Assembly (NCBI GenBank): GCA_030390025.1 | Contig: JASTWF010000035.1 | Coordinates: 186,001-250,000 of the forward strand | Direction: 5' to 3' | DNA from: Squalus acanthias | Lineage: Eukaryota | Length of the DNA: 64,000 nucleotides | Shown: positions 33,090-45,900 of the stretch, piece after piece | Position numbering within the stretch: position 1 is the first letter of the stretch | How the letters are laid out: every line of letters starts with the position of its first letter | Position numbers and translations under genes: made by a program | The notes under the pieces: model-generated | Told to the model about the DNA's origin: nothing | What the model saw: the letters and a program-made list of their open reading frames with translations, nothing else | The model's database searches: none

Positions 33090-33364
33090 GTCAGTGCCCA
33101 AGAGAAGCATCAGTCACACGCCCGCCTCCACTGGCACTCGATGCCAAGGGCAACACTGAATGATTCACTGTGTGTCCGTGGAGTCTAATAACGAGGTCAT
33201 TAAACCCTGTCCCAATCAATGAGTCGGTCATTAAACCCTGTCCCAATCAATGAGTCGGTATTTAAATCTCTTGCTACAATAATTCTACTCCTCTCGCAAA
33301 CCTGTCTACAGATTTACTTTTGCATTTCCCTCCCAGAATGAGGGGTGGGTAATATAAACCCACC

Positions 33365-33925
33365 ATAGCAACATAGGAACAGGTGGAGGCCATTCAGCCC
33401 CTCGAGCTTGTTCCGCCATTCAATCAGATCATGGCTGATCTGTGACCTAACTCCATATACCCTTTGCCCCATATCCCTGAATACCTTTGGTTAACAAAAA
33501 GCTATCAATCTCAGATTTAAAATTAACAATTGATCTAGCATCAATTGCCGTTTGCGGAAGAGAGTTCCAAACTTCTACCACCCTTTGTGTGCAGAAGTGT
33601 TTCCTAATTTCACTCCTGAAAGGTCTGGCTCTAATTTTTAGACTATACCCCCTAGTCCGAGAATCCCCAACCAGTGGAAATAGTTTCTCTCTCACGACCC
33701 TATCTGTTCCCCTTAATATCCTGAAAACTTCGATCAGATCACCCCTTAACCTTCTAAATTCCAGGGAATACAAGCCTAGTTGTGTAATCGCTCCTCGTAA
33801 CTTAACCCTTGAAGACCGGTATCATTCTGGTAAACCTACACTGCACTCCCTCCAAGACCAGTCTATCCTTCCTAAGGTGTGGTGCCCAGAACTGCTCAGT
33901 ACTCCAGGTGTGGTCTAACCAGGGC
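33365..33925 (-). mobile_element. CR1 3' fragment
   Basis: YSLEFRRLRGDLIEV...WNSLP and the 3' UTR. Confidence 0.88.
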
Positions 33926-33950
33926 TTCGTCTGGGTCCATTTTCCGTTCC

Positions 33951-36900
33951 CTGTACTCCTCTCCCTTCACTGTACACCTCTCCCTTCACTGTACACCTCT
34001 CCCTTCACTGTACACCTCTCCCTTCACTATACACCTCTCCCTTCACTGTACACCTCTTCCTTCACTGTACTCCTCTCCCTTCACTGTACACCTCTCCCTT
34101 CACTGTACTCCTCTGCCTTCAATGTAACCCTCTCCCTTCACTGTACACCTCTCCCTTCACTGCACACCTCTCCCTTCACTGGACACCTCTCCCTTCACTG
34201 AACACCTCTCCCTTCACTGTACACCTCTCCCTTCACTGTACACCTCTCCCTTCACTGTACAACTCTCCCTTCACTGTACACCTCTCCCTTCACTGTACAC
34301 CTCTCCCTTCACTGTACACCTCTCCCTTCACTGTACACCTCTACCTTCACTGTACTCCTCTCCCTTCACTGTACACCTCTTCCTTCACTGTACTCCTCTC
34401 CCTTCACTGTACACCTCTCCCTTCACTGTACACCTCTCCCTTCACTGTACACCTCTCCCTTCACTGTACACCTCTCCCTTCACTGTACACCTCTCCCTTC
34501 ACTGTACACCTCTCCCTTCACTGTACACCTCTCCCTTCACTGTACACCTCTCCCTTCACTGTACACCTCTCCCTTCACTGTACTCCTCTCCCTTCACTGT
34601 ACACCTCTCCCTTCACTGTACACCTCTCCCTTCACTGTACACCTCTCCCTTCACTGTACACCTCTCCCTTCACTGTACACCTCTCCCTTCACTGTACACC
34701 TCTCCCTTCACTGTACACCTCTCCCTTCACTGTACACCTCTCCCTTCACTGTACACCTCTCCCTTCACTGTACACCTCTCCCTTCACTGTACTCCTCTCC
34801 CTTCACTGTACACCTCTCCCTTCACTGTACACCTCTCCCTTCACTGTACACCTCTCCCTTCACTGTACACCTCTCCCTTCACTGTACACCTCTCCCTTCA
34901 CTGTACACCTCTCCCTTCACTGTACACCTCTCCCTTCACTGTACACCTCTCCCTTCACTGTACACCTCTCCCTTCACTGTACACCTCTCCCTTCACTGTA
35001 CACCTCTCCCTTCACTGTACACCTCTCCCTTCACTGTACACCTCTCCCTTCACTGTACACCTCTCCCTTCACTGTACACCTCTCCCTTCACTGTACACCT
35101 CTCCCTTCACTGTACACCTCTCCCTTCACTGTACACCTCTCCCTTCACTGTACACCTCTCCCTTCACTGTACACCTCTCCCTTCACTGTACTCCTCTGCC
35201 TTCAATGTAACCCTCTCCCTTCACTGTACTCCTCTCCCTTCACTGTACACCTCTCCCTTCACTGTACACCTCTCCCTTCACTGTACACCTCTCCCTTCAC
35301 TGTACTCCTCTGCCTTCACTGTACCCCTCTCACTTCACTGTAAACCTCTCCCTTCACTGTACACCTCTCCCTTCACTGTACACCCCTCTCCCTTCACTGT
35401 ACTCCTCTCCCTTCACTGTACACCTCTCCCTTCACTGTACACCCCTCTCCCTTCACTGTACTCCTCTCCCTTCACTGTGCAGCTCTCCCTTCACTGTACA
35501 CCTCTCCCTTCACTGTACACCTCTCCCTTCACTGTACACCTCCCCTTCACTGTACTCCTCTCCCTTCACTGTACTCCTCTCCCTTCACTGTACTCCTCTC
35601 CCTTCACTGTACTCCTCTCCCTTCACTGTACTCCTCTCCCTTCACTGTACTCCTCTCCCTTCACTGTACACCTCTCCCTTCACTGTACTCCTCTCCCTTC
35701 ACTGTACACCTCTCCCTTCACTGTACACCTCTCCCTTCACTGTACTCCTCTCCCTTCACTGTACACCTCTCCCTTCACTGTACACCTCTCCCTTCACTGT
35801 ACACCTCTCCCTTCACTGTACACCTCGCCCTTCACTGTACACCTCTCCCTTCACTGTACACCTCTCCCTTCACTGTACACCTCTCCCTTCACTGTACACC
35901 TCTCCCTTCACTGTACTCCTCTCCCTTCACTGTACACCTCTCCCTTCACTGTACACCTCTCCCTTCACTGTACACCTCTCCCTTCACTGTACACCTCTCC
36001 CTTCACTGTACACCTCTCCCTTCACTGTACTCCTCTCCCTTCACTGTACACCTCTCCCTTCACTGTACTCCTCTGCCTTCAATGTAACCCTCTCCCTTCA
36101 CTGTACACCTCTCCCTTCACTGTACACCTCTCCCTTCACTGTACACCTCTCCTTCACTGCACACCTCTCCCTTCACTGTACACCTCTCCCTTCACTGTAC
36201 ACCTCTACCTTCACTGTACACCTCTCCCTTCACTGTACACCTCTCCCTTCACTGTACACCTCTCCCTTCACTGTACACCTCTCCCTTCACTGTACACCTC
36301 TCCCTTCACTGTACACCTCTTCCTTCACTGTACTCCTCTCCCTTCACTGTACACCTCTCCCTTCACTGTACACCTCTCCCTTCACTGTACACCTCTCCCT
36401 TCACTGTACACCTCTCCCTTCACTGTACACCTCTCCCTTCACTGTACACCTCTCCTTCACTGTACTCCTCTCCCTTCACTGTACACCTCTCCCTTCACTG
36501 TACACCTCTCCCTTCACTGTACACCTCTCCCTTCACTGTACTCCTCTCCCTTCACTGTACACCTCTCCCTTCACTGTACACCTCTCCCTTCACTGTACAC
36601 CTCTCCCTTCACTGTACACCTCTCCCTTCACTGTACACCTCTCCCTTCACTGTACACCTCTCCCTTCACTGTACTCCTCTCCCTTCACTGTACACCTCTC
36701 CCTTCACTGTACACCTCTCCCTTCACTGTACTCCTCTCCCTTCACTGTACACCTCTCCCTTCACTGTACACCCCTCTCCCTTCACTGTACACCTCTCCCT
36801 TCACTGTACTCCTCTCCCTTCACTGTACACCTCTCCCTTCACTGTACACCTCTCCCTTCACTGTACACCTCTCCCTTCACTGTACACCTCTCCCTTCACT

Positions 36901-39900
36901 GTACTCCTCTCCCTTCACTGTACACCTCTCCCTTCACTGTACTCCTCTCCCTTCACTGTACTCCTCTCCCTTCACTGTACTCCTCTCCTTCACTGTACTC
37001 CTCTCCCTTCACTGTACTCCTCTCCCTTCACTGTACTCCTCTCCCTTCACTGTACTCCTCTCCCTTCACTGTACTCCTCTCCCTTCACTGTACACCTCTC
37101 CCTTCACTGTACACCTCTCCCTTCACTGTACACCTCTCTCTTCACTGTACTCCTCTCCCTTCACTATACACCTCTCCCTTCACTGTACACCTCTCCCTTC
37201 ACTGTACACCTCACCCTTCACTGTACACCTCTCCCTTCACTGTACACCTCACCCTTCACTGTACACCTCTCCCTTCACTGTACTCCTCACCCTTCACTGT
37301 ACACCTCTCCCTTCACTGTACTCCTCACCCTCCACTGTACTCCTCTCCCTTCACTGAACACCTCTCCCTTCACTGTACAACTCTCCCTTCACTGTACACC
37401 TCACCCTTCACTGTACTCCTCTCCCTTCACTGTACTCCTCTCCCTTCACTGTACTCCTCTCCCTTCACTGTACACCTCTCCCTTCACTGTACACCTCTCC
37501 CTTCACTGTACACCTCTCCCTTCACTGTACTCCTCTCCCTTCACTGTACACCTCTCCCTTCACTGTACACCTCTCCCTTCACTGTACTCCTCTCCCTTCA
37601 CTGTACTCCTCTCCCTTCACTGTACTCCTCACCCTCCACTGTACCCCTCTCCCTTCACTGTACACCTCTCCCTTCATGTACACCTCGCCCTTCACTGTAC
37701 ACCTCGCCCTTCACTGAACACCTCGCCCTTCACTGTACACCTCGCCCTTCACTGTACACCTCTCCCTTCACTGTACTCCTCGCCCTTCACTGTACACCTC
37801 GCCCTTCACTGTACACCTCGCCCTTCACTGTACACCTCGCCCTTCACTGTACACCTCTCCGTTCACTGTACACCTCTCCCTTCACTGTACACCTCGCCCT
37901 TCACTGTACTCCTCGCCCTTCACTGTACACCTCTCCGTTCACTGTACACCTCTCCCTTCACTGTACTCCTCGCCCTTCACTGTACACATCGCCCTTCGCT
38001 GTACACCTCGCCCTTCGCTGTACACCTCTCCCTTCACTGTACACCTCTCCCTTCACTGTACACCTCTCCCTTCACTGTACACCTCTCCCTTCACTGTACT
38101 CCTCTCCCTTCACTGTACTCCTCTCCCTTCACTGTACTCCTCTCCCTTCACTGTACTCCTCTCCCTTCACTGTACTCCTCTCCCTTCACTGTACACCTCT
38201 CTCTTCACTGTACTCCTCTCCCTTCACTATACACCTCTCCCTTCACTGTACACCTCTCCCTTCACTGTACACCTCACCCTTCACTGTACACCTCTCCCTT
38301 CACTGTACACCTCACCCTTCACTGTACACCTCTCCCTTCACTGTACTCCTCACCCTTCACTGTACACCTCTCCCTTCACTGTACTCCTCACCCTCCACTG
38401 TACTCCTCTCCCTTCACTGAACACCTCTCCCTTCACTGTACAACTCTCCCTTCACTGTACACCTCCCCCTTCACTGTACTCCTCTCCCTTCACTGTACAC
38501 CTCTCCCTTCACTGTACACCTCTCCCTTCACTGTACTCCTCTCCCTTCACTGTACTCCTCTCCCTTCACTGTACTCCTCTCCCTTCACTGTACTCCTCTC
38601 CCTTCACTGTACTCCTCTCCCTTCACTGTACACCTCTCCCTTCACTGTACACCTCTCCCTTCACTGTACTCCTCTCCCTTCACTGTACTCCTCTCCCTTC
38701 ACTGTACACCTCTCCCTTCACTGTACTCCTCTCCCTTCACTGTACTCCTCTCCCTTCACTGTACTCCTCTCCCTTCACTGTACTCCTCTCCCTTCACTAT
38801 ACACCTCTCCCTTCACTGTACTCCTCTCCCTTCACTATACACCTCTCCCTTCACTGTACACCTCTCCCTTCACTGTACACCTCTCCCTTCACTGTACTCC
38901 TCACCCTTCACTGTACACCTCTCCCTTCACTGTACTCCTCTCCCTTCACTGTACACCTCTCCCTTCACTGTACTCCTCTCCCTTCACTGTACAGCTCTCC
39001 CTTCACTGTACTCCTCACCCTCCACTGTACCCCTCTCCCTTCACTGTACACCTCTCCCTTCATGTACACCTCGCCCTTCACTGTACACCTCGCCCTTCAC
39101 TGAACACCTCGCCCTTCACTGTACACCTCGCCCTTCACTGTACACCTCTCCCTTCACTGTACTCCTCGCCCTTCACTGTACACCTTTCCGTTCACTGTAC
39201 ACCTCTCCCTTCACTGTACACCTCGCCCTTCACTGTACACCTCGCCCTTCACTGTACTCCTCGCCCTTCACTGTACACCTCTCCGTTCACTGTACACCTC
39301 TCCCTTCACTGTACTCCTCTCCCTTCACTGTACACATCGCCCTTCGCTGTACACCTCGCCCTTCGCTGTACACCTCTCCCTTCACTATACACCTCTCCCT
39401 TCACTGTACACCTCTCCCTTCACTGTACACCTCTCCCTTCACTGTACTCCTCTCCCTTCACTGTACTCCTCTCCCTTCACTGTACTCCTCTCCCTTCACT
39501 GTACTCCTCTCCCTTCACTATACACCTCTCCCTTCACTGTACTCCTCTCCCTTCACTGTACTCCTCTCCCTTCACTATACACCTCTCCCTTCACTGTACA
39601 CCTCTCCCTTCACTGTACACCTCTCCCTTCACTGTACTCCTCACCCTTCACTGTACACCTCTCCCTTCACTGTACTCCTCTCCCTTTACTGTACACCTCT
39701 CCCTTCACTGTACTCCTCTCCCTTCACTGTACAGCTCTCCCTTCACTGTACTCCTCACCCTCCACTGTACCCCTCTCCCTTCACTGTACACCTCTCCCTT
39801 CATGTACACCTCGCCCTTCACTGTACACCTCGCCCTTCACTGAACACCTCGCCCTTCACTGTACACCTCGCCCTTCACTGTACACCTCTCCCTTCACTGT

Positions 39901-42900
39901 ACTCCTCGCCCTTCACTGTACACCTTTCCGTTCACTGTACACCTCTCCCTTCACTGTACACCTCGCCCTTCACTGTACACCTCGCCCTTCACTGTACTCC
40001 TCGCCCTTCACTGTACACCTCTCCGTTCACTGTACACCTCTCCCTTCACTGTACTCCTCGCCCTTCACTGTACACATCGCCCTTCGCTGTACACCTCGCC
40101 CTTCGCTGTACACCTCTCCCTTCGCTGTACGCCTCTCTCTTCACTGTATGCCTCTCTCTTCACTGTACACCTCGCCCTTCACTGTGCACCTCTCCCTTCA
40201 CTGTACTCCTCGCCCTTCACTGTACTCCTCGCCCTTCACTGTACTCCTCTCCCTTCACTGTACACCTCTCCCTTCACTATACTCATCTCCCTTCACTGTA
40301 CTCCTCTCCCTTCACTGTACTCCTCCCCCTTCACTGTACACCTCTCCCTTCACTGAACACCTCTCCCTTCACTGTACTCCTCTCCCTTCACTGTACACCT
40401 CTCCCTTCACTGTACACCTCTCCCTTCACTGTACTCCTCTCCCTTCACTGTACACCTCTCCCTTCACTGTACACCTCTCCCTTCACTGTACTCCTCTCCC
40501 TTCACTGTACTCCTCTCCCTTCACTGTACTCCTCTCCCTTCACTGTACACCTCTCCCTTCACTGTACTCCTCTCCCTTCACTGTACACCTCTCCCTTCAC
40601 TGTACTCCTCTCCCTTCACTGTACTCCTCTCCCTTCACTGTACTCCTCTCCCTTCACTGTACTCCTCTCCCTTCACTGTACTCCTCTCCCTTCACTGTAC
40701 ACCTCTCCCTTCACTGTACACCTCTCCCTTCACTGTACTCCTCTCCCTTCACTGTACACCTCTCCCTTCACTGTACACCTCTCCCTTCACTGTACACCTC
40801 TCCCTTCACTGTACTCCTCTCCCTTCACTGTACACCTCTCCCTTCACTGTACACCTCTCCCTTCACTGTACTCCTCTCCCTTCACTGTACACCTCTCCCT
40901 TCACTGTACACCTCTCCCTTCACTGTACACCTCTCCCTTCACTGTACTCCTCGCCCTTCACTGTACTCCTCGCCCTTCACTGTACTCCTCTCCCTTCACT
41001 CTACTCCTATCCCTTCACTGTACACCTCTCCCTTCACTGTACTCCTCTCCCTTCACTGTACTCCTCTCCCTTCACTGTACACCTCTCCCTTCACTGTACA
41101 ACTCTCCCTTCACTGTACACCTCCCCCTTCACTGTACTCCTCTCCCTTCACTGTACTCCTCTCCCTTCACTGTACTCCTCTCCCTTCACTGTACTCCTCT
41201 CCCTTCACTGTACTCCTCTCCCTTCACTGTACACCTCTCTCTTCACTGTACTCCTCTCCCTTCACTGTACACCTCTCCCTTCACTGTACACCTCTCCCTT
41301 CACTGTACTCCTCTCCCTTCACTGTACACCTCTCCCTTCACTGTACTCCTCTCCCTTCACTGTACCACTCCCCCTTCACTGTACACCTCTCCCTTCACTG
41401 TACTCCTCTCCCTTCACTGTACTCCTCTCCCTTCACTGTACACCTCTCACTTCACTGTACACCTCTCCCTTCACTGTACTCCAATCCCTTCACTGTACAC
41501 CTCTCCCTTCATTATACTCCTCTCCCTTCACTGTACACCTCTCCCTTCACTGTACTCCAATCCCTTCACTGTACACCTCTCCCTTCATTGTACTCCTCTC
41601 CCTTCACTGTACTCCTCTCCCTTCACTGTACAACTCTCCCTTCACTGTACACCTCTCCCTTCATTGTACTCCTCTCCCTTCACTGTACACCTCTCCCTTC
41701 ACTGTACTCCTCTCCCTTCGCTGTACTCCTCTCCCTTCACTGTACTCCTCTCCCTTCACTGTACACCTCTCACTTCACTGTACACCTCTCCCTTCACTGT
41801 ACTCCAATCCCTTCACTGTACACCTCTCCCTTCATTGTACTCCTCTCCCTTCACTGTACCCCTCCCCCTTCACTGTACACCTCTCCCTTCACTGTACACC
41901 TCTCCCTTCACTGAACACCTCTCCCTTCACTGTACACCTCTCCCTTCACTGTACACCTCTCCCTTCACTGTACACCTCTCCCTTCACTGTACACCTCTCC
42001 CTTCACTGTACACCTCTCCCTTCACTGTACACCTCTCCCTTCACTGTACACCTCTCCCTTCACTGTACACCTCTTCCTTCACTGTACTCCTCTCCCTTCA
42101 CTGTACACCTCTCCCTTCACTGTACACCTCTCCCTTCACTGTACACCTCTCCCTTCACTGTACACCTCTCCTTCACTGTACTCCTCTCCCTTCACTGTAC
42201 ACCTCTCCCTTCACTGTACACCTCTCCCTTCACTGTACACCTCTCCCTTCACTGTACTCCTCTCCCTTCACTGTACACCTCTCCCTTCACTGTACTCCTC
42301 TCCTTCACTGTACCCTCTCCCTTCACTGTACACCTCTCCCTTCACTGTACACCTCTCCCTTCACTGTACAACTCTCCCTTCACTGTACACCTCTCCCTTC
42401 ACTGTACACCTCTCCCTTCACTGTACACCTCTCCCTTCACTGTACACCTCTCCCTTCACTGTACACCTCTCCCTTCACTGTACTCCTCTCCCTTCACTGT
42501 ACCCCTCTCCCTTCACTGTACACCTCTCCCTTCACTGTACACCTCTCCCTTCACTGTACACCTCTCCCTTCACTGTACCCCTCTCCCTTCACTGTACACC
42601 TCCCCCTTCACTGTACTCCTCTCCCTTCACTGTGGCTCGGCACTGTGGGCAACACGGTGGCATAGTGGTTAGCACTGGTGCCTCACAGCGCCAGAGACCC
42701 TGGTTCGAATCTGACCTCGGGTGACTGTCTGTGTGGAGTTTGCACATTCTCCCCGTGTCTGCGTGGTTTCCTCCGGGTGCTCCGTTTTCCTCCCACAGTC
42801 CAAAAATGTGCGGGTTAGGTTGATTTGGCTATGATAAATTGACCCTTAGTGTTAGGGGGGGGATTAAATATGTGGGGTTATGGGATAGGATGGGATATGT

Positions 42901-45900
42901 TAGGGGGAATTAAATACGTGGGGTTACAGGGCTAGGGTGGGATATGTGCCTCTCCCTTCACTGTACACCTCTCCCTTCACTGTACACCTCTCCCTTCACT
43001 GTACTCCTCTCCCTTCACTGTACTCCTCTCCCTTCACTGTACACCTCTCCCTTCACTGTACACCTCTCCCTTCACTGTACACCTCTCCCTTCACTGTACT
43101 CCTCTCCCTTCACTGTACACCTCTCCCTTCACTGTACACCTCTCCCTTCACTGTACACCTCTCCCTTCACTGTACTCCTCTCCCTTCACTGTACACCTCT
43201 CCCTTCACTGTACTCCTCTCCCTTCACTGTACTCCTCTCCCTTCACTGTACACCTCTCCTTCACTGTACACCTCTCCCTTCACTGTACACCTCTCCCTTC
43301 ACTGTACACCTCTCCCTTCACTGTACACCTCTCCCTTCACTGTACACCTCTCCCTTCACTGTACACCTCTCCCTTCACTGTACACCTCTCCCTTCACTGT
43401 ACTCCTCTCCCTTCACTGTACTCCTCTCCCTTCACTGTACACCTCTCCCTTCACTGTACACCTCTCCCTTCACTGTACTCCTCTCCCTTCACTGTACTCC
43501 TCTCCCTTCACTGTACACCTCTCCCTTCACTGTACTCCTCTCCCTTCACTGTACACCTCTCCCTTCACTGTACTCCTCTCCTTCACTGTACTCCTCTCCC
43601 TTCACTGTACTCCTCTCCCTTCACTGTACTCCTCTCCCTTCACTGTACTCCTCTCCCTTCACTGTACACCTCTCCCTTCACTGTACTCCTCTCCCTTCAC
43701 TGTACTCCTCTCCCTTCACTGTACTCCTCTCCCTTCACTGTACACCTCTCCCTTCACTGTACACCTCTCCCTTCACTGTACTCCTCTCCCTTCACTGTAC
43801 ACCTCTCCCTTCACTGTACACCTCTCCCTTCACTGTACTCCTCTCCCTTCACTGTACACCTCTCCCTTCACTGTACACCTCTCCCTTCACTGTACACCTC
43901 TCCCTTCACTGTACACCTCTCCCTTCACTGTACACCTCTCCCTTCACTGTACTCCTCAACCTTCACTGTACACCTCTCCCTTCACTGTACTCCTCTCCCT
44001 TCACTGTACAGCTCTCCCTTCACTGTACTCCTCACCCTCCACTGTACACCTCTCCCTTCATGTACACCTCGCCCTTCACTGTACACCTCGCCCTTCACTG
44101 TACACCTCGCCCTTCACTGTACACCTCGCCCTTCATTGTACACCTCTCCCTTCACTGTACTCCTCTCCCTTCACTGTACTCCTCTCCCTTCACTGTACTC
44201 CTCTCCCTTCACTGTACTCCTCTCCCTTCACTGTACTCCTCTCCCTTCACTGTACACCTCTCCCTTCACTGTACACCTCTCCCTTCACTGTACACCTCTC
44301 CCTTCACTGTACTCCTCTCCCTTCACTGTACCCCTCCCCCTTCACTCTACTCCTCTCCCTTCACTGTGCACCTCTCCCTTCACTGTACTCCTCTCCCTTC
44401 ACTGTACACCTCTCCCTTCACTGTACTCCTCTCCCTTCACTGTACACCTCTCCCTTCACTGTACTCCTCTCCCTTCACTGTACACCTCTCCCTTCACTGT
44501 ACACCTCTCCCTTCACTGTACTCCTCTCCCTTCACTGTACTCCTCTCCCTTCACTGTACACCTCTCCCTTCACTGTACTCCTCTCCCTTCACTGTACACC
44601 TCTCCCTTCACTGTACACCTCTCCCTTCACTGTACTCCTCTCCCTTCACTGTACACCTCTCCCTTCACTGTACTCCTCTCCCTTCACTGTACACCTCTCC
44701 CTTCACTGTACACCTCTCCCTTCACTGTACTCCTCTCCCTTCACTGTACTCCTCTCCCTTCACTGTACACCTCTCCCTTCACTGTACACCTCTCCCTTCA
44801 CTGTACTCCTCTCCCTTCACTGTACACCTCTCCCTTCACTGTACTCCTCTCCCTTCACTGTACTCCTCTCCCTTCACTGTACACCTCTCCCTTCACTGTA
44901 CACCTCTCCCTTCACTGTACTCCTCTCCCTTCACTGTACACCTCTCCCTTCACTGTACACCTCTCCCTTCACTGTACTCCTCTCCCTTCACTGTACACCT
45001 CTCCCTTCACTGTACTCCTCTCCCTTCACTGTACACCTCTCCCTTCACTGTACTCCTCTCCCTTCACTGTACACCTCTCCCTTCACTGTACTCCTCTCCC
45101 TTCACTGTACTCCTCTCCCTTCACTGTACACCTCTCCCTTCACTGTACTCCTCTCCCTTCACTGTACTCCTCTCCCTTCACTGTACACCTCTCCCTTCAC
45201 TGTACTCCTCTCCCTTCACTGTACTCCTCTCCCTTCACTGTACTCCTCTCCCTTCACTGTACACCTCTCCCTTCACTGTACACCTCTCCCTTCACTGTAC
45301 TCCTCTCCCTTCACTGTACTCCTCTCCCTTCACTGTACACCTCTCCCTTCACTGTACTCCTCTCCCTTCACTGTACTCCTCTCCCTTCACTGTACTCCTC
45401 TCCCTTCACTGTACTCCTCTCCCTTCACTGTACTCCTCTCCCTTCACTGTACTCCTCTCCCTTCACTGTACTCCTCTCCCTTCACTGTACACCTCTCCCT
45501 TCACTGTACTCCTCTCCCTTCACTGTACTCCTCTCCCTTCACTGTACACCTCTCCCTTCACTGTACTCCTCTCCCTTCACTGTACACCTCTCCCTTCACT
45601 GTACTCCTCTCCCTTCACTGTACACCTCTCCCTTCACTGTACTCCTCTCCCTTCACTGTACACCTCTCCCTTCACTGTACACCTCTCCCTTCACTGTACT
45701 CCTCTCCCTTCACTGTACTCCTCTCCCTTCACTGTACTCCTCTCCCTTCACTGTACTCCTCTCCCTTCACTGTACTCCTCTCCCTTCACTGTACACCTCT
45801 CCCTTCACTGTACTCCTCTCCCTTCACTGTACACCTCTCCCTTCACTGTACACCTCTCCCTTCACTGTACTCCTCTCCCTTCACTGTACTCCTCTCCCTT

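Noticed and set aside
42648..42720. tRNA gene
   Set aside because: tRNA-like A/B boxes continue into a V-SINE body, so this is a SINE head. The same applies to about 14600-14672 and 54355-54425.
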